64,000 bases of DNA. Source: Eledone cirrhosa (lineage: Eukaryota). The stretch is taken from positions 74,834,001 to 74,898,000 of the forward strand of contig OZ024745.1 in NCBI GenBank assembly GCA_964016885.1, in the 5' to 3' direction. Of the stretch, positions 37,349-51,182 are shown one piece after another. The notes beneath the pieces are model-generated. The model made no database searches. It was not told the origin of the DNA and saw only the letters and a program-made list of their open reading frames with translations. A program made the position numbers and the translations under genes. How positions within the stretch are numbered: position 1 is the first letter of the stretch; each line of letters starts with the position of its first letter.

Positions 37349-37448
37349 TCATGTACAGGTGACTGTTTTCCTTTTATTAAAGATATCTTTAATATTCATA
37401 TTGACTTGGAGCTTCCCCTTCTTCTGTGAAGTTGAATCCAAGCAGAAT
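37349..37448 (-). CDS. FAM193A: FAM193-family protein, last coding exon
   Basis: RFCLDSTSQKKGKLQVNMNIKDIFNKRKTVTCT*, the FAM193 C-terminal domain; in phase with the previous exon. Confidence 0.9.
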
Positions 37449-38482
37449 CTGAAAGCAAAAACAAAACCTTCTTTATTACTTGTAACATTAGAGTGTATAA
37501 ATGATGAAGGACAGATAAGTTAAGATAAAAATTGGGTGTAAGAGGCAATGGATGATGTGTGCAAGAGAGAAAATTGTACAGGTAAAGACATGTAATGCAT
37601 ATAAATGATAATAGTAGAGTTAGTGTCAGGAAGAAAGCTGTGAAAAAGAAATGAAGACAACATAGGGTAAGGAATACCCTTTAGTCTTGTGTGTCCCAAA
37701 GCAAACTCACTAGTGCTGGAAGGAATGGAAAGAAAAGCTATGATATAAGTTGCCGTGCAGTGAGATCGACACCAGAATCCAGTAATTGTAAAGAAAACTT
37801 CTTAAACTACAGAGTCATGCCTGTGAAATCAATTTTGACAGGACCCACTGCTTCATACATTTCTTTCTTAATTGTTCCCGATGGAATTACCATCTTCACT
37901 TTCAAAGGAGGTAAATGCCTCATTAGGGACGAGACATTCTGTGACACATTCTCCACCTCCAACATAGTCGCCTTGGCCACAAACCCCAGTACCACAGCTC
38001 ACAATGCAGAGGACAGGAAGACAAACAAATTCCAGAGCTTGCCCAGCCACTTCTTCTTTGCACTGGTTGCTGTTGAGACCTCAGGCATTCTCGGACCTGG
38101 ACAACTGACCTCCTCTGTAAAATCGGATTGATAACAGCCCATCTGAGAAAGGAGCCCTGTGAAGTGGGGTGACTGCTGTAGTGTGTGTCGCTGGCCATTG
38201 TCCACGGAAATGCCTTTGCCATTTTGTCCACAGGGTGCAGCGGAAATTCCGCTTTGACTTAGGTGTAGAGTCTGTCACCATTTCCCCTTTCTTTCTTTCT
38301 TTGTTCTGTAGTCCTTGTTCTTCGCCTCCTTTTCCTCTCATTTATGGCATTTATAATCCTTTCTATTGCTGCTTTTGTTTCTGTATGTTTAACCAAATAA
38401 AAATAAAATATATGTATCCATTGTATGATATTAGGCAAACAAACAATCTTTTATTCTCTAAAAAATAACCATTTAATTTTAC

Positions 38483-38567
38483 CTTTTAAATTCTTCTAAC
38501 TCCCTTTCTACTTCATCCATTTCACCATTTTCAAGATCTGATTCAGATTTAGGTAAAAAAACATCTT
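38483..38567 (-). CDS. FAM193A: FAM193-family protein exon
   Basis: EDVFLPKSESDLENGEMDEVERELEEFKR matches the FAM193 motif DDVFLPK...EREVEYFKR. Confidence 0.92.
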
Positions 38568-38599
38568 CTGAAATAAAATAAAATATTATTGGAACTTCA

Positions 38600-41500
38600 A
38601 TATTTATATGTTGAGCAACATTACATTTATATGTTGAGTAACATTACATTTATATGTTGAGTAACATTACATTTATATGTTGAACAACATTATATTGATA
38701 TGTTGAGTAACATTATATTGATATGTTGAGTAACATTATATTGATATGTTGAGCAACATTACATTTATATGTTGAGTAACATTACATTTATATGTTGAAC
38801 AACATTATATTGATATGTTGAGTAACATTATATTTATATGTTGAGTAACATTATATTGATATGTTGAGCAACATTACATTTATATGTTGAGTAACATTAC
38901 ATTTATATGTTGAACAACATTATATTGATATGTTGAGTAACATTATATTGATATGTTGAGTAACATTATATTGATATGTTGAGCAACATTACATTTATAT
39001 GTTGAGTAACATTACATTTATATGTTGAACAACATTACATTGATATGTTGAACAACATTATATTGATATGTTGAGTAACATTATATTGATATGTTGAGTA
39101 ACATTATATTGATATGTTGAGTAACATTATATTGATATGTTGAGTAACATTATATTGATATGTTGAGTAACATTATATTGATATGTTGAGTAACATTATA
39201 TTGATATGTTGAGTAACATTATATTTATATGTTGTGTAACATTATATTGATATGTTGTGTAACATTATATTGATATGATGAGTAACATTATATTGATATG
39301 TTGTGTAACATTATATTGATATGTTGAGTAACATTATATTGATATGTTGTGTAACATTATATTGATATGATGAGTAACATTATATTGATATGATGAGTAA
39401 CATTATATTGATATGTTGAGTAACATTATATTGATATGTTGAGTAACATTATATTGATATGTTGAACAAAATTATATTGATATGTTGAGTAACATTATAT
39501 TGATATGTTGAGTAACATTATATTGATATGTTGAACAACATTATATTGATATGATGAGTAACATTATATTGATATGTTGAGTAACATTATATTGATATGT
39601 TGAACAACATTATATTGATATGTTGAGCAACATTATATTGATATGATGAGTAACATTATATTGATATGTTGAACAACATTATATTGATATGTTGTGCAAC
39701 ATTATATTGATATGTTGAGTAACATTATATTGATATGATGAGTAACATTATATTGATATGTTGAGTAACATTATATTGATATGTTGAACAACATTATATT
39801 GATATGATGAGTAACATTATATTGATATGATGAGTAACATTATATTGATATGTTGAACAACATTATATTGATATGATGAGTAACATTATATTGATATGTT
39901 GAACAACATTATATTGATATGTTGAGCAACATTATATTGATATGTTGAGTAACATTATATTGATATGATGAGTAACATTATATTGATATGTTGAGTAACA
40001 TTATATTGATATGTTGAACAACATTATATTGATATGATGAGTAACATTATATTGATATGTTGAGTAACATTATATTGATATGATGAGTAACATTATATTG
40101 ATATGTTGAACAACATTATATTGATATGTTGAACAACATTATATTGATATGTTGAACAACATTATATTGATATGATGAGTAACATTATATTGATATGTTG
40201 AGTAACATTATATTGATATGATGAGTAACATTATATTGATATGTTGAACAACATTATATTGATATGATGAGTAACATTATATTGATATGTTGAACAACAT
40301 TATATTGATATGATGAGTAACATTATATTGATATGTTGAGTAACATTATATTGATATGATGAGTAACATTATATTGATATGTTGAACAACATTATATTGA
40401 TATGATGAGTAACATTATATTGATATGTTGAACAACATTATATTGATATGATGAGTAACATTATATTGATATGTTGAGTAACATTATATTGATATGATGA
40501 GTAACATTATATTGATATGTTGAACAACATTATATTGATATGATGAGTAACATTATATTGATATGTTGAACAACATTATATTGATATGATGAGTAACATT
40601 ATATTGATATGATGAGTAACATTATATTGATATGATGAGTAACATTATATTGATATGATGAGTAACATTATATTGATATGTTGAACAACATTATATTGAT
40701 ATGTTGAGCAACATTATATTGATATGTTGAACAACATTATATTGATATGTTGAACAACATTATATTGATATGATGAGTAACATTATATTGATATGTTGAG
40801 TAACATTATATTGATATGATGAGTAACATTATATTGATATGTTGAACAACATTATATTGATATGTTGAACAACATTATATTGATATGTTGAACAACATTA
40901 TATTGATATGTTGAGTAACATTATATTGATATGTTGAACAACATTATATTGATATGTTGAACAACATTATATTGATATGTTGAGCAACATTATATTGATA
41001 TGTTGAGCAACATTATATTGATATGATGAGTAACATTATATTGATATGTTGAACAACATTATATTGATATGTTGAGCAACATTATATTGATATGATGAGT
41101 AACATTATATTGATATGTTGAACAACATTATATTGATATGTTGAGCAACATTATATTGATATGTTGAACAACATTATATTGATATGATGAGTAACATTAT
41201 ATTGATATGTTGAACAACATTATATTGATATGTTAAGTAACATTATATTGATATGTTGAATAACATTATATTGATATGTTGAGCAACATTATATTGATAT
41301 GTTGAGTAACATTATATTGATATGTTGAATAACATTATATTGATATGTTGAGCAACATTATATTGATATGTTGAGCAACATTATATTGATATGATGAGTA
41401 ACATTATATTGATATGTTGAGTAACATTATATTGATATGTTGAGTAACATTATATTGATATGATGAGTAACATTATATTGATATGTTGAACAACATTATA

Positions 41501-41691
41501 TTGATATGATGAGTAACATTATATTGATATGTTGAGTAACATTATATTGATATGATGAGTAACATTATATTGATATGTTGAACAACATTATATTGATATG
41601 TTGAACAACATTATATTGATATGATGAGTAACATTATATTGATATGATGAGTAACATTATATTGATATGTTGAGTAACATTATATTGATAT
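38600..41691. repeat. 23-bp minisatellite, ~3.1 kb (~134 units)
   Basis: Unit TTATATTGATATGTTGAGTAACA with variants; array resumes at 45301-45406 and ~45874-45951. Confidence 0.97.
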
Positions 41692-42253
41692 AATAATGAA
41701 AATATTGTGTACAGTGCTCAGGTGCACTACAAATCATCAAAAGTGTATGTATAGTACATAGGGTAATGTACAAACGTCAAGAAAATGAACAGTGCACGAG
41801 TCATGATATACATGTGTGCATGTGTATGGAAGGGGGACAATAGGGGTAGTTTTGGCGAATTTCGGGAAGCATGAGGGTTTTAAAGGATGCAGCGTCTTGG
41901 CAGCTAACAACTGACGCAGGCAGTTTGTTCCATGCTTCAGCAACTCTAAGCGTGAAAAAATGTTTCCGAAAGTAATGTGAGCTGTGCTGTTTTCTGACTT
42001 TGTTGGCATGTCCAAGTGTGTTAGACACATGGAGATCAAAAAGGTGCTCAGGGTTGTTGTTGGCGAGATGGTTAATAACTTTGTGGGTGTTTACCAAGTC
42101 CATTGCCAGACGTCGGAGCTTCAATGAATCCATGCCCAGGGAAGCAAGGCATTCAGAGTATGGTAGGTGTCTGATGGAGGGTATGCGCTTGGTTACACGT
42201 CTCTGAACAGTTTCCAGGAGGTCAATGTTCTGAGCAAGATAGGGGTTCCAGAC

Positions 42254-44820
42254 TCATCATCATCATCATCATCACCGTTTTACGTCCGTTCTTCCACGCT
42301 AGCATGGGTTAGACGGGTTGTCCTGTTGTGGGCAGTGTCTGGTCGGCTGACCATGCCTTGCTCATACAGGAACTGATCTGGCTTGATTTCTACAGCTGGA
42401 TGCCCTTCCTAACACCAACCTCATTTACAGTGAGTGCTGGGTGCTTTTTCGTGGCGCCTACACGTCCACTTTACAGTGTGGGCTGGGTGCTTTTTTGCCG
42501 TGGCACCTCCACGACCACCTTGCGGTGGGGGGGGGGGGGCATATTGTTTATATGCTTCAGCATGTACCCATGGGAGGTCGGGTACCCTGTATTACTGCGT
42601 GACGCCAGAAGTCACGGTCGTGTGTCATTGACTTTGAGAGGTGTAGTTGGGTAAGGTCGGCTTTTATCACCTCATCCCAAGTCATCTTGGGTCTCCCCAC
42701 TCCGCGGTTTCCATCAACTTCTAGTGCTCTGCACCTTTTTATGCAGCTGTCATCCTTCATACGCATCACATGTCCATACCAGCGTAACCGCCTCTCCTGC
42801 ACGCAGCATTTGATTCCTCTTATGCTCAGTCTCTCTCTCAATTCATTTATGCTTTGTCGTTCACGTATATTACTGTTACACATCCATCGGAGCATGCAGG
42901 CTTCGTTTCTCTCTAATCTACGTAAGTCTTCCACCTTCAGCGCCCAGGTCTCACTACCATGCAACATCGCTGTTCGGATACACACATCATACAGTCTGCC
43001 TTTCATTCTGAGGGAGAAGCCTTTTGCAGCTAGCAGTGGTAGTAGTTCCCTAAACTTCTTCCATCCCGTTCTTACCCTAGTTATTGTACTTTCTGAGCAC
43101 CCACCTCCGTTGCTAATTCGGTCACCTAGGTAGCAGAAGCTGTCTACTGTTTCTACAGGGCCCTCCCAGAGATTGGTGGTACTTGTTTCCTGTGGCTGTT
43201 TGCTTGCTGTTTCAGCACAGCTGCTGCATGTGAATCCTACATTCTTAATTAAGCTTCCTGAGATCCCGCTACATTTGGGGCAAAGAATGGAGTTCCTACC
43301 TACACCTTTCCTACATACTGAGCAAGGCCATTTCCCTGAGGGGATCTGGGTTCTGTTTTCTCGTCTACTTATAAGGACCTTAGTCTTTGTCATGTTGACT
43401 TTGAGGCCCTTTCTCTCTAGTCCCTGCTTCCAGGTTTGGAATTTATTCTCTAGTTCTACCATAGATTCAGCTATGAGTGCGAGGTCATCAGCATACAGGA
43501 GTTCCCATGGGCATCCGGTCTTAAACTCCTCCGTTATTGCCTGCAGGACTATGATGAACAGGAGAGGGCTAAGAACAGAGCCCTGGTGGACCCCAACCTG
43601 TACGCTAAATTCCTCGCTATACTCATTGCCAATCCTAACTTTGCTGACTGCTCCCCTATACATGGCTTGTACCGCTTTCACAAGCCATTCATCTACTCCT
43701 AGTTTTCTAAGAGCCCACCAGATTACTGCACGTGGAACTCTGTCAAAGGCTTTCTCAAGGTCGACAAATGCCAAGTAGAGTGGCTTACTTTTAGCTAGGT
43801 ACTTTTCCTGTAATTGCCTCACAAGGAAGAGCGCATCAGTGGTGCCTTTCCCTGGAACAAACCCAAATTGCATCTCGTCTATATTCACCCGGTCCCTAAT
43901 CAGCTGTGCTATAACTCTTTCTGTTACTTTCATGACCTGGTCCATCAACTTTATACCTCTATAGTTTCCTCTATCTAGTGCATCGCCTTTACCTTTGTAG
44001 CAGTTGACAATGATGCTACTGCACCAATCTTTTGGTATGGCCCCCTCTAGTATTACCTATCTTCATATCTCTGATTGCCTTACTTACTACGCTGCCGCTG
44101 ACTTGTACTGCTGGTCCCTCTATAGGGTCTACGTGGGGTAGGGTCTCTTCTTCCCATGCATTCTCCTCATTTAGTAATCTATCATAATGACTCTTCCATG
44201 CATCTTTCTTCTCAGCACTTGTGAGGGCAAGCTCACCTTTATCATTCCGGATACACTTCTCTCCAATGACATCACAACTATCTCTGACACACTGCCTCGC
44301 AATCTTGAATACCTCCTGTTTCTGGTCCTCACGTTGTAAAACATGCTTGAATTTTCTATCCTCTGCTTCCCTCCTAGCTAAGTATACTTGTCGCCTAGCT
44401 TCCCTCTTGGTCTCTATGTAATGTACCCTGCTCCCCCCGTTCTTCCATTCTTTCCATGCCTGTCTCTTGGCCTTGACTGCTTCATCTACCTTATTGTTCC
44501 ACCACCAAGTCACTCTCCTCCTGCTTGAGGTCTTACTCCAGCCACAAACCTCATCCGTCGCCTCTAGTAAGTTATTTTTTAGGAACTCCCAGTTCTCTTC
44601 TACGTTAAATGTCTCTATCTGTTCTTCTTTACTGTCGTAGGCGTTGAGTAAAATATCTTTAAATCTGTTACTGGTTGAGGGGACTTTCAGCTTCCAGATC
44701 TTTCTTCTCCAGGTTGGCCTCTGTTTCAGGGCTCGTCTAGTTCTGACCGTGAGGTCGCTGACAACTAAGCTATGTTGGGATGTACATTCCTCACTAGGGA
44801 AGGCTTTTGTGTTTACGACC
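42254..44820 (-). mobile_element. 5'-truncated RTE-clade LINE
   Basis: RT ORF 42557-43948 (QFGFVPG, AFVDLEKAFDRVP, QGSVLSPLLF, YADD, RLRWYGHVMR, GRPKMTW), upstream piece 44016-44513 separated by a deletion/frameshift, and a (GAT)n tail. Confidence 0.93.
42557..43948 (-). pseudogene. RTE reverse transcriptase ORF (truncated)
   Basis: 463-aa open frame with RT motifs and a Cys-rich insertion; the endonuclease domain is mostly missing. Confidence 0.9.
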
Positions 44821-45984
44821 GTCCAGATGCGAATTCCAAGTGTGGTCGTACCATAACTGTATACAGCTTTAAATAGATGGCTGGAGAGCGGCTAACAAAG
44901 GTCTTGCTGAGTGATGCGAAGGCACCCTCGGCCTTCTTGACAATTTTAGAGATGTGCTTTGTCCAACGCAAATCGCTGCTGACAGTAATGCCCAGGTCAC
45001 GTTCACAAGAGGACTTCTTGATATCAGTGTTGTGGAGGGAGTATGTGGATGCTGGATTTTTCCTCCAAAAATGCATGGTGGTACACTTGTCCACAGCCAG
45101 CTTCAGTTGCCAGTCTGTGATCCATTGCTGCATTGTGTCCAGGTCTGATTGTAGGAAAGAGTTATAGATTTCAGGATCTGTCCTTTTGATTTCAAGGTAC
45201 AGCTTGATGTCATCTGCATATTTCAGTACCGTGGCATTCTTTAAGTTGGCATCTATGTCATTAATGTATGCAACAAACAAAAGGGGACCAAGAACAGATC
45301 TGTTGAGTAACATTATATTTATATGTTGAACATTATATTGATATGTTGAGTAACATTATATTGATATGTTGAACAACATTATATTTATATGTTGAGTAAC
45401 ATTATATATCGTCCAACCCATGCTAGCGTGGAAGATGGACGTTAAACGAAGATGATGATGATATATATATATACGTCTTCTTGCTTTTGCTTGATGAGAC
45501 TGGGGTCATCTTAGGTCAGTGAACCCAGAGGCATCATCACGTGTAAAGTCAACCAGGTCCACCAGTGCCCTCCACCACTGGTGGTCCTGTACCAGCCTCT
45601 CAGCATCCTCCAAGCCTTTCGAGATCTTCCTTGATGACATCCAGCCATCTAGCAGAGCCTGCCATGAAGCTTCTTCCAGCCTGTAGCTGCTGTGTCCAAC
45701 AAGCGTAAGGCCGTAATAGGATGATCTGGCAGCAGGTGGAAGACGTCTCTACTAGCGCATGCGGCTGATGCCTATGAGGTGGGAGGCTGCATGCATGCAA
45801 CTCTTTGTTGGAAATGTGATGGCACCTCTGATGTTCTCAATGGTCCTCAGAGGAGAAAGAGGAGGACTAATGCGTTGAACAACATTATATTGATATATTG
45901 AGCAACATTATATTGATATGTTGAGTAACATATTCATATGTCAGGCAACATTAATAATAGTTAAAATATTTGTGATAAACTTAC

Positions 45985-46051
45985 CCACAAAACTACTGTC
46001 ATTATTTTTATTCTTTTTCTTATTTTTCTTATTTTTTCCATTACATTTATT
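45985..46051 (-). CDS. FAM193A: FAM193-family protein exon
   Basis: NKCNGKNKKNKKKNKNNDSSFV, with canonical sites and phase matching both neighbours. Confidence 0.82.
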
Positions 46052-48442
46052 CTGAAACAAAGAAATTTGATGTTCAATAAACAAACATTTACTACATCAA
46101 CTGATTGATCAATAATCTTATATGAACGATAATAGGAAATTGCATTGATTTACACCTTTTGATACCAACATACCCCTAACTGCCTGTGGTTTTCTGACAT
46201 AAATTTTTAAAACACTCATATCTAAATGAAAATTGTCCAACATAATATTTTATGTAAAAACCAATGTAATGTTCCAAACACCAGCTTAATAATGAAAAGG
46301 TTAAGTTATGTTATACAAGCTGGAGCTAGCCCTGAGGGTTTATACTTTACTATGTACCAGCATATGTTGAGATTGAGGTTTTGTAGGTTGAGTAAATAGG
46401 TCGCAAGCTGGTTTTCCACTTTGTATTTTTGTCGAAAAAGGTGTGTGAACAGCATTTACATTTGTAAACATCACTGTAAGGCCCAGATAATTTTCAATTA
46501 GATATTTATTTTAATTTAGAAAAAATATTAGTCCAACTAAACATATGGTCACCTTTTTTTTTGTATGGTTTGAAATCCCTGAGCTCAGTATATTCATGGC
46601 AAAAAACAGTAACATTCTAAACTAAATGATGATGATGATGATGATGATGATAGACATTCATTTATTCAATTAACTCAGCATCCAACTCGTGAATTAACAC
46701 GTGAGTGGTTGAGTATTCCACAGACATATGTACCCTTAACATAATTCCCAAGCCAAATCAGCATGACACAATATTCTCGGGTACCAGATAATAGAAGGAG
46801 GTGGAATATGCGAAGTAGTTGAAATAAATGGGGGTTTGGAAAATCAGTAACTTTTCTAGGTTGTCGCCGTTGATTTTTTTAAAACCTAGAATTAATCGTC
46901 TAGTTTACCCCAACCCACCCTATTTATTTGATAACGTTTGCTTGTAATATTCTTTTTTTGCCGTGTATAATGTTTTTTACATTCTGAGATCTCAGAATTG
47001 TGCAGTGGACTTCTTGCATTCACTAAACTAAATATAATTTTATATAGCTAGCTCCCATCTTAACAGACACAAGCTGACCCAACATTTTAAGACAGACTAT
47101 TCATTTGTAACACTCAGAAGGCCACAGGTTCTATATAAGGGGGTATAGGTACAGTTGTTTAGACTTTGGAGGTATAAAAGTAAAATCAACTACAATAGAA
47201 TTTCTCACTATCATCATCGTTTAACGTCCATGTTTGCATGGGTTAGACAGGTTGTCACGTTATGAAACATGTCCGGTTAGGTGACCAACGTCTTGATCAT
47301 ACGGATCTGTATTTTGGCTTGGCTTCTATCGTTGAATTGGTAGAATGGTGGAGTGGTGGTATTTAGTTTTGTATCATTATGTTTTGATTTCATGTGGTTA
47401 CCACATTAGTGTCGACTGGGTGCTTTTTCGTCGTGTCATCAGCACGAGCACCTTACAGAGCAGGCTGGGTGCTTGTTGTCATGTCACCAGCATGACCACT
47501 TTACAGAGTGGACTGGGTGTTAGTTGTCATGTCATCAACACGACCACTTTAGAGTGGACTGGGTGCTTTGTTTTTCTGGTTTCACCAGCACAACCACTTT
47601 ACAGGGTGGACCATGTCACTATGAAATCAAAACTAAATACCACCACTCCACCAATTCTATTAGCTCACACCAAAATATAAAACAAAAATTCAATTTGGAG
47701 ATTAATCAAATAAAAAAAAAAAACCTATATAATTTTACCCTCCTCCCCATAAGTCAGTGAATTGGTAAAGTCGTTCAAACATAGGACAAAGTACCTTGCA
47801 GTATTTGTTCCAAACTAGTCAAGATTAACTTTGCCATTTATTTTTTCAGGGTTGATAAAAAAAAAGTACCTGTCCAGGGCAGTGGATTAATGGAACTGAT
47901 AGAGTGTCAGACGATATGACTTGTAGTATTTGTTTCAAGCTTTGGCATTCTGAGTTCAAATCCTGTTGTGGCTTATTTGGATTGTAGACTTAATTTGTCA
48001 CCCAGCTTAACACCACCATCTGACTTTTGGCTATCTCTAACAGAGTTCATTCTTTTGCAAACATTTGGCTCATGTCTCCAGTTTGAGGATACTTCCCTCT
48101 CTCTCCCATCAGTCGCAGAAGCCCTGAAAGGAAAACAATTATAGGCACCGTCTGTTTTCCCTTCCCTCACTAAACTGTACAAGAACAAATATTCTAAGGC
48201 CATTTTCCTTGCTGATATAAGAATGATTCTTGCAGGACTCATCATGGACTCTTTATATTCATAATGGGGTCCTTTTTGAGGTAATGTTTTACAGGCAAAT
48301 GCTGTTCCTGGTGCTAACACTTTTAGTCACCTTTTACAACATGGTGTACTTATTCTAAACTGAATACACACATTATCTCTGACTAATTAAAAAAAAAAAA
48401 ATGAAAACAATTTAATAAGACAGAAAAAATAAAATAACTTAC

Positions 48443-49429
48443 TTGATCAGTAATTTTGGGAGTGGGTACATTTTCAACCAATCTTTTATTTACATTTTTG
48501 GTTTTGGAGAGTTTATCTTCAGAAGTAGTTTTCTGTTCAACACATACTTTGTTAGGTTGATCTTTATTGGACCGATGTTGTTCTGTAAGTAGTCCTGCTG
48601 CTGAGCACAGAGAAGACGATGGTGACAAAGAGGAATTAGGGGGCAACACTGCTGTTGGTAACTGGCTGTTACTATTGTGAACTTTCAATGTCGACGTCTT
48701 GCTTACAGTGCCAGCATGAGATGAAGCTTGAGATGGTTTACTCTGACTATTATTACCACTACTACTACTACTTACTGCTGGCTTCTCAACACTCTTTCGG
48801 CTTTTTTTATTACCACAGTCTGAAACTGGTTTCACATTAAGCACTTCTTGGGTCACACTGTTGTTCGGTGAAACCATTTTACAATTTGGTTTCTCTGAAT
48901 TGGAATTGGAATTATTACTTAATGTGTGTGTTGGAATAACAGGAGGACAGCTGGTGTCTTCTTGAGGGCAGGATTTAGAGCCAGTCTTAGAAGTAGGGTT
49001 GATTTTCCCAGAAATTTTACCTTTCTTAGGTAGACACTTATTTGGTACCAAATTGACATCAGCAGATAATTTTGGATCTTCTTTGGGTTGTAATATAGAT
49101 TGTTGTTGTTGCTGCTGCTGCTGTTGGTGATGATGATGATGTTGTTGGTGGTGCTGCTCTTGGTGGTGGTGGTGGTGGTGGTGGTGTTGCTGCTGCTGCT
49201 GATGTTGTTGTTGTAACTGCTGCTGCTGTTGTTGTTGTTGTTGCTTGGCCAGCTGTTTTTGGTGGTTTTCAGAAATGTTCTTTTTTAGCAGGCAATTTTC
49301 AGTTTTTAATTTGCTTGATGATTCATTAGCTTGACATTTCCCATTTATACATGATCTTTTCTCTTCCAGCTTCACATTATGTTCCTCTTCTGCTTCATCT
49401 ACATGTCCATTTTGTAACTCTACTTCTTC

Positions 49430-49492
<63 letters not shown>

Positions 49493-49687
49493 GTCATCGT
49501 CATCGTCATCATCAGAAGACTCTCCTTGCAAATATAAAACTTTGTGTTTAACACGCTTCTTTTTTAATTTCACTAACAAGTTAGAGTTGTTACACAACTG
49601 TGCAATCTGACACTGCCCATTTGGATAATCATTCATTAGGTACGTTTTATCACATTGCTGCACTTCTAGCTTGGCTCTTTCTTTTGC
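48443..49687 (-). CDS. FAM193A: FAM193-family protein, large low-complexity exon
   Basis: 1245-bp open exon with gtag acceptor and gtaagt donor; AKERAKLEVQQC..., poly-D and poly-Q/H tracts. Confidence 0.88.
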
Positions 49688-49901
49688 CTACAAATAAAAA
49701 GAAAAACATCAATCTTAATAATCATCATAACCATTTTACCACTGATTCTAGTGTCACTTCCATCATGCTCTCATCTCTCCTCCCACTCCCATCACTGAGA
49801 TATCAGTAATTCATCCGTTTACCTTCATAATCATTCTCAGCCATCTGCGATATATTTTTTCTTTCACAATGATTGTTATTGAGTAAAAAATCTAATACAG
49901 A

Positions 49902-50174
49902 TTAACCCTTTTGATACCAAGCTGCTTGAAACTGCTACTAGTTCAACAATACAAGACTGGTTGTTTTAAAGTGTTTACATTTATCTGAAAACTTTCTGAC
50001 ATAATTCTATGTAACTTAAAGTTATGTTCGAAATTCTAGATTAATGTTCCAAACACTAGGTTAATAATGAAAAAGTTATATCACTAAATCTCTTCAAATT
50101 CTTGTTTATTTTCAAAATGATTTGAAAATTATAGGCAGTGTCTTTCATTTGAAATATAGTATTAACAGGGTTAA
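49902..50174. mobile_element. TTAA-flanked MITE (piggyBac-like)
   Basis: TTAA|CCCTTTTGATACC...AACAGGG|TTAA. Related copies at ~23533-23791, ~52133-52372, ~52547-52782 and ~61196-62312. Confidence 0.7.
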
Positions 50175-50347
50175 GTAAATCTGGAAAAGCTTAAAATATA
50201 TACGTTTAAATTTGGTTGTTCATCACTGGTAGGATTGGTCATTCTGCAATGTTAATCATGACGTAATATGAGAAAAGCACTTAACATTATGCAACTCATC
50301 CATCTTTGATGTTGAATCATGCTGATGGTGGCGGGAACGGAGTTAAA

Positions 50348-50567
50348 TATATTATAAAGTAAAATGACAGGAGGCCGGACAGGTATATAAATATTTATTT
50401 CTGCAAACACTATTCACATTTCAGTGGCCAGGCTGTGTAAGAACCGGGTGTAAACTGCATAATAGTTGTATACCAAAGGAATGGTGGTAAACACATTCCA
50501 AGAGGCTTTAAGAAAAAAAAGCAATAATTAAGGGAATTCAACCTGTCCGGCCTCCTGTCATTTTACT

Positions 50568-50577
<10 letters not shown>
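50348..50577. mobile_element. small TIR element (~37-bp inverted repeats) beside (TA)n
   Basis: TATATTATAAAGTAAAATGACAGGAGGCCGGACAGGT ... ACCTGTCCGGCCTCCTGTCATTTTACTTTATAATATA. Confidence 0.75.
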
Positions 50578-50622
<45 letters not shown>

Positions 50623-50772
50623 GTGGTTGGTGTTAGGAAGGGCATCCAGCTGTAGAAAACCCGCCAGACAGTCCTATGCGAGCAAGACAATCACTCTTGC
50701 CTCAAGTGGGAAAACCCCCGTCCAAACCCATGCAAGCGTGGAACACGGACGTTAAACGATGATGATGATGAT

Positions 50773-50813
<41 letters not shown>

Positions 50814-51182
50814 TCAAAACAGCACAGTTCCCATGACTTTCGGAAACATTTTTTCACGCTCAGAGTTGCTGAAGCATGGAACAAACTACCTGCATCAGTT
50901 GTTAGCTGTCGAGACACTGCATCCTTTAAGGCCTCCATGCTTCCCGAGATCCGCCAACACTACACCTAACACATACAAACATGTACTTCCCTGGCATTTG
51001 TGTATTATTCTATGTACTATATTGACGAGTTGTAGTGCACCTGAGCACTTTACACAATAATTTCATTATTATTATTATTATTATATATATCAAAGGTATA
51101 TATTGAGTTAGAAACTCAAAATAGATATATACAAAATATATATATATATATACACACACACAAAAAGGAATAAAATCCTTAC

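Larger units (their letters stand above)
41692..45300 (-). mobile_element. 5'-truncated CR1-type LINE, split by an RTE insertion
   Basis: 44822-45300 encodes SVLGPLLF..KYADD..VRPHLEFAS; 41692-42253 continues VWNPYLAQNIDLLETVQRRVTK...FFTLRVAEAWNKLP and ends in an (ATT)n tail. Short 3' copies at ~50811-51082(+) and ~58090-58245(-). Confidence 0.9.

Noticed and set aside
38600-41691. CRISPR-like array
   Set aside because: Head-to-tail 23-bp units with no unique spacers, in a eukaryotic intron, with no cas genes; it is a minisatellite.
42687-43778. + strand ORFs of 148 aa and 201 aa
   Set aside because: Antisense shadows of the RTE reverse transcriptase.
47973-48320. 115-aa minus-strand ORF as an extra FAM193 exon
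   Set aside because: No FAM193 motifs, and the flanking exons already join in phase. Related sequence at ~53190-53330 and ~63550-63660 suggests a repeat.
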